Assembly (NCBI GenBank): GCA_002269645.1
Contig: NIVC01000258.1
Location: 1,209-65,208 of the forward strand
DNA from: Macrostomum lignano
Taxonomy: Eukaryota
Length of the DNA stretch: 64,000 nt
Direction of reading: 5' to 3'
Under the pieces are notes generated by a model that ran no database searches, was not told where the DNA came from, and saw only the letters and a list, made by a program, of their open reading frames with translations. The first letter of the stretch is position 1, and each line of letters opens with the position of its first letter. Positions 60,001 to 64,000 of the stretch are shown piece by piece. Position numbers and translations under genes: made by a program.

Positions 60001-62027
60001 TGTGTCTTCTGTCTCTCTAGCTGTGTCTCCTGTCTCTCCAGCTGTGTTTCATGTCTCTCTCACTGTGTCTCCTGTCTCTTTAGCTGTGTCTTCTGTCTCT
60101 CTAGCTGTGTCTCCTGTCTCTCTAGCTGTGTCTTCTGTCTCTCTAGCTGTGTCTCCGGTCTCTCCAGCTGTGTTTCATGTCTCTCCCACTGTGTCTCCTG
60201 TCTCTTTAGCTGTGTCTCCTGTCTCTCTGGCTGTGTCTCCTGTCTCTTTAGCTGTGTCTTCTGTCTCTCTCACTGTGTCTCCTGTCTCTTTAGCTGTGTC
60301 TTCTGTCTCTCTAGCTGTGTCTCCTGTCTCTCTAGCTGTGTCTTCTGTCTCTCTAGCTGTGTCTCCGGTCTCTCCAGCTGTGTTTCATGTCTCTCTCACT
60401 GTGTCTCCTGTCTCTCCAGCTGTGTTTCATGTCTCTCTCACTGTGTCTCCTGTCTCTTTAGCTGTGTCTTCTGTCTCTCTAGCTGTGTCTCCTGTCTCTC
60501 CAGCTGTGTTTCATGTCTCTCTCACTGTGTCTCCTGTCTCTTTAGCTGTGTCTTCTGTCTCTCTAGCTGTGTCTCCTGTCTCTCCAGCTGTGTTTCATGT
60601 CTCTCTCACTGTGTCTCCTGTCTCTTTAGCTGTGTCTTCTGTCTCTCTAGCTGTGTCTCCTGTCTCTTTAGCTGTGTCTTCTGTCTCTCTAGCTGTGTCT
60701 CCTGTCTCTCTAGCTGTGTTTCATGTCTCTCTCACTGTGTCTCCTGTCTCTTTAGCTGTGTCTTCTGTCTCTCTAGCTGTGTCTCCTGTCTCTCCAGCTG
60801 TGTTTCATGTCTCTCTCACTGTGTCTCCTGTCTCTTTAGCTGTGTTTCATGTCTCTCTCACTGTGTCTCCTGTCTCTTTAGCTGTGTCTTCTGTCTCTCT
60901 AGCTGTGTCTCCTGTCTCTCCAGCTGTGTTTCATGTCTCTCTCACTGTGTCTCCTGTCTCTTTAGCTGTGTCTTCTGTCTCTCTAGCTGTGTCTCCTGTC
61001 TCTCCAGCTGTGTTTCATGTCTCTCTCACTGTGTCTCCTGTCTCTTTAGCTGTGTCTTCTGTCTCTCTAGCTGTGTCTCCTGTCTCTCTAGCTGTGTCTT
61101 CTGTCTCTCCAGCTGTGTTTCATGTCTCTCTCACTGTCTCCTGTCTCTTTAGCTGTGTCTTCTGTCTCTCTAGCTGTGTCTCCTGTCTCTCCAGCTGTGT
61201 TTCATGTCTCTCTCACTGTGTCTCCTGTCTCTTTAGCTGTGTCTTCTGTCTCTCTAGCTGTGTCTCCTGTCTCTCAGCTGTGTCTCTGTCTCTCTAGCTG
61301 TGTCTCCTGTCTCTTAGCTGTGTCTCTGTCTCTCTAGCTGTGTCTCCTGTCTCTCCAGCTGTGTTTCATGTCTCTCTCACTGTGTCTCCTGTCTCTTTAG
61401 CTGTGTCTTCTGTCTCTCTAGCTGTGTCTCCTGTCTCTCCAGCTGTGTTTCATGTCTCTCTCACTGTGTCTCCTGTCTCTTTAGCTGTGTCTTCTGTCTC
61501 TCACTGTGTCTCCTGTCTCTCAGCTGTGTTTCATGTCTCTCTCACTGTGTCTCCTGTCTCTTTAGCTGTGTCTTCTGTCTCTCTAGCTGTGTCTCCTGTC
61601 TCTCCAGCTGTGTTTCATGTCTCTCTCACTGTGTCTCCTGTCTCTTTAGCTGTGTCTTCTGTCTCTCTAGCTGTGTCTCCTGTCTCTCCAGCTGTGTTTC
61701 ATGTCTCTCTCACTGTGTCTCCTGTCTCTTTAGCTGTGTCTTCTGTCTCTCTAGCTGTGTCTCCTGTCTCTCCAGCTGTGTTTCATGTCTCTCTCACTGT
61801 GTCTCCTGTCTCTTTAGCTGTGTCTTCTGTCTCTCTAGCTGTGTCTCCTGTCTCTCCAGCTGTGTTTCATGTCTCTCTCACTGTGTCTCCTGTCTCTTTA
61901 GCTGTGTCTTCTGTCTCTCTAGCTGTGTCTCCTGTCTCTCCAGCTGTGTTTCATGTCTCTCTCACTGTGTCTCCTGTCTCTTTAGCTGTGTCTTCTGTCT
62001 CTCTAGCTGTGTCTCCTGTCTCTCCAG

Positions 62028-63330
62028 CTGTGTTTCTGTCTCTCTACTGTGTCTCCTGTCTCTCCAGCTGTGTCTTCATGTCTCTCACTGTGTCTCCTGT
62101 CTCTTTAGCTGTGTCTCTGTCTCTCTAGCTGTGTCTCCTGTCTCTTAGCTGTGTCTTCTGTCTCTCTCACTGTGTCTCCTGTCTCTCTAGCTGTGTTTCT
62201 GTCTCTCTAGCTGTGTCTCCTGTCTCTCCAGCTGTGTTTCATGTCTCTCCACTGTGTCTCCTGTCTCTTTAGCTGTGTTCCTGTCTCTCTGGCTGTGTCT
62301 CCTGTCTCTTAGCTGTGTCTTCTGTCTCTCTAGCTGTGTCTCCTGTCTCTTAGCTGTGTCTTCTGTCTCTCAGCTGTGTCTCCTGTCTCTTAGCTGTGTC
62401 TTCTGTCTCTCTAGCTGTGTCTCCTGTCTCTCTAGCTGTGTCTCTGTCTCTCTAGCTGTGTCTCCTGTCTCTCTAGCTGTGTCTTCTGTCTCTCTAGCTG
62501 TGTCTCCTGTTTCTAGTGTCTTCTGTCTCTCTAGCTGTGTCTCCTGTCTCTTTAGCTGTGTCTCCTGTCTCTCTAGCTGTGTCTCCTGTCTTTCTAGCTG
62601 TGTCTCCTGTCTCTCTAGCTGTGTGTCTCCTGTCTCTCTAGCTGCGTCTCCTGTCTCTCTAGCTGTGTCTCCTGTCTCTCTAGCTGTGTCTCCTGTCTCT
62701 CCAGCTGTGTCTCCTGTCTCTCTAGCTGTGTCTCCTGTCTCTCTAGCTGTGTCTCCTGTCTCTCCAGCTGTGTCTCCTGTCTCTCTAGCTGCGTCTGTCT
62801 CTCTACTGTGTGTCTCCTGTCTCTCCAGCTGTGTTCTGTCTCTCTAGCTGTGTCTCCTCTCTCTCTTGCGTTCTCTGTCTCTCTAGCTGTGTCTCCTGTC
62901 TCTCTAGCTGTGTCTCCTGTCTCTCTCGCTGTGTCTCTGTCTCTTAGCTGTGTCTTCTGTCTCTCTAGCTGTGTCTCCTGTCTCTCCAGCTGTGTCTCCT
63001 GTCTCTCAGCTGTGTCTCCTGTCTCTCTAGCTGTGTCTTCTGTCTCTCAGCTGTGTCTCCTGTCTCTCTAGCTGTGTCTCCTGTCTCTCGCTGTGTCTCC
63101 TGTCTCTCTCGCTGTGTTCCTGTCTCTTTAGCTGTGTCTCCTGTCTCCTAGCTGTGTCTCCTGTCTCTCTAGCTGTGTGTCTCCTGTCTCTCTAGCTGCG
63201 TCTCCTGTCTCTCTAGCTGCGTCTCCTGTCTCTCTAGCTGTGTCTCCTGTCTCTTTCATTGTGGGTCTCCTGTCTAGCTGTGTGTCTCCTGTCTCTCTTA
63301 CTATGTCTTCTGTTTCGCTTTTCTCTACTG
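62028..63330. repeat. Degenerate, largely monomeric right edge of the array (no regular 84-bp HOR)
   Basis: Mostly consensus 21-mers CTGTGTCTCCTGTCTCTCTAG with many substitutions and indels. The last CATG (the M1 signature) is at 62240-62243. The repeat fades into unique sequence around 63250-63345. Confidence 0.9.
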
Positions 63331-63480
63331 AACGGTTGTCTCTCTGTCCCCATCTCCCATTTCAAAAGTCTAAGTTTAGTCTATTTCTCATCCCTATGAC
63401 AGCCTATATTTTCTGTCCTCATTCCTTCACTCATTGCTCAGAGTTTCCCCTCCAGCCAAGATCTATCTCCCCCTTTAAAT

Positions 63481-64000
63481 CCCGACCCCAGATTTGCAGC
63501 GGTCACCAGTTTCCCACGCGCCGGCCCGACCTCGAACAGCTCGGCCCGGTTTCAAACCGAGTTCACTCAAGTTATTCCGGCTAAATTCAATTTCTTATAG
63601 GAGAAAAAGCACAACTGAAGGACTGTAGAAAAAGGGAAGCCGAAATGCCAAAGGCCCTACAGGACAAGCGATTCTCCCTGCCCTTTCGCTGCTTGAGACT
63701 GTCCGGAATGGATCGAAGTCCAAGCAGGGGAGACACTCGAAAACTCTCTAACTGATTGAGAAGTTTCAATACACTTCCGCGAAGCATGCCATGCCAGGCG
63801 CATTGGGGCAGGAAGATTATTAGGGAAGTCTGTCAGAGGGCTTGGAGACGGACAGAACCGGCTGCCGTCGCGTGGGGAACCAGATGGCGGCGCAGCTGCG
63901 AGCTCAGGGACTCCTAGAATTCCGCCGTCTGGACTGGAAGCCACTCCACAAAGATCCTCGAATTCAGCTGACAATTTTCCTCTTAAATTACTTCGAAGAT
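63481..64000. promoter_or_regulatory. CpG-island-like unique segment (right flank), continuing past the window edge
   Basis: About 32 CpG in 520 bp by manual count at roughly 52% GC (rough O/E near 0.9). Contains a YY1-like AGATGGCGGC at 63882-63891 and CAGCTG at 63893-63898 and 63965-63970. Function is inferred. Confidence 0.5.

Larger units (their letters stand above)
1141..63330. repeat. Giant satellite/minisatellite array: 21-bp monomer organised as an 84-bp, 4-monomer higher-order repeat (M1-M2-M3-M4), about 62 kb
   Basis: Sequence lines recur identically every 420 bp (5 x 84) in regular zones, e.g. lines starting 15781, 16201, 16621, 17041, 17461 and 17881. HOR composition on the + strand is C26 T38 G15 A5 (76% pyrimidine, 49% GC, no CpG). 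The first regular monomer starts at 1301 and the last canonical HOR ends at 62027. Orientation is uniform except at 39036-39080. Confidence 0.99.

Noticed and set aside
1245-63071. More than 100 long + strand ORFs (Cys-rich SSCVSCLSHCVSCLF... and AVSPVSPAVFHVSLT... repeats, up to 984 aa)
   Set aside because: Artefacts. The + strand has only 5 A per 84 bp and the period is a multiple of 3, so all TAG stops fall in one frame and the other two are open by construction. Frames switch at every indel, most starts are GTG/TTG called by the ORF finder, and the CxxC pattern is not a recognisable metallothionein, keratin-associated or zinc-finger protein.
1141-63330. CRISPR array
   Set aside because: There are no unique spacers between repeats, the repeats are contiguous low-complexity monomers, no cas genes are present, and the flanks look eukaryotic.
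63547-63559. Small palindrome CGGTTT-C-AAACCG and neighbouring partial stems
   Set aside because: 6-bp arms are expected by chance, and no tRNA, snoRNA or miRNA-like fold or boxes could be supported.
63177-63787. ORFs 63177..63584 (+) and 63587..63787 (-)
   Set aside because: The first begins inside the degenerate repeat and reads into unique DNA, and neither shows a recognisable motif or splice support.
63875-63893. CTCF-like ACCAGATGGCG
   Set aside because: It lacks the conserved 5' CC of the CTCF core and is better explained as a YY1-like or E-box motif.

Overview
About 97% of this window (~1141-63330) is one giant, strand-asymmetric tandem array. Its 21-bp monomer (consensus CTGTGTCTCCTGTCTCTCTAG) is organised into an 84-bp four-monomer higher-order repeat (HOR): M1 CTGTGTTTCATGTCTCTCTCA, M2 CTGTGTCTCCTGTCTCTTTAG, M3 CTGTGTCTTCTGTCTCTCTAG, M4 CTGTGTCTCCTGTCTCTCCAG, roughly 740 HOR-equivalents by length. 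A second, unrelated GC-rich 22-24-bp minisatellite occupies 1-269 and runs off the left edge. The only unique DNA is 270-1140 and ~63331-64000. Both segments are CpG-rich and carry E-box and homeodomain-type motifs, so they look like vertebrate-type regulatory DNA; the species cannot be assigned. I cannot support any protein-coding gene, RNA gene, mobile element or CRISPR array. Almost all ORFs in the track are artefacts of an A-poor repeat whose period is a multiple of 3. I do not see a new enzymatic or defence system. The interesting signals concern array biology: a 62-kb almost CpG-free expansion between two CpG-island-like segments, a single 45-bp template-switch palindrome at 39036-39080, relic monomers at both edges that explain the origin of M1, rare variants shared over 6-45 kb, and a CAGCTG E-box that is enriched in the flanks and repeated once per HOR. 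Single-base and 2-base irregularities in the array may be partly long-read consensus errors, which cannot be excluded without raw reads.
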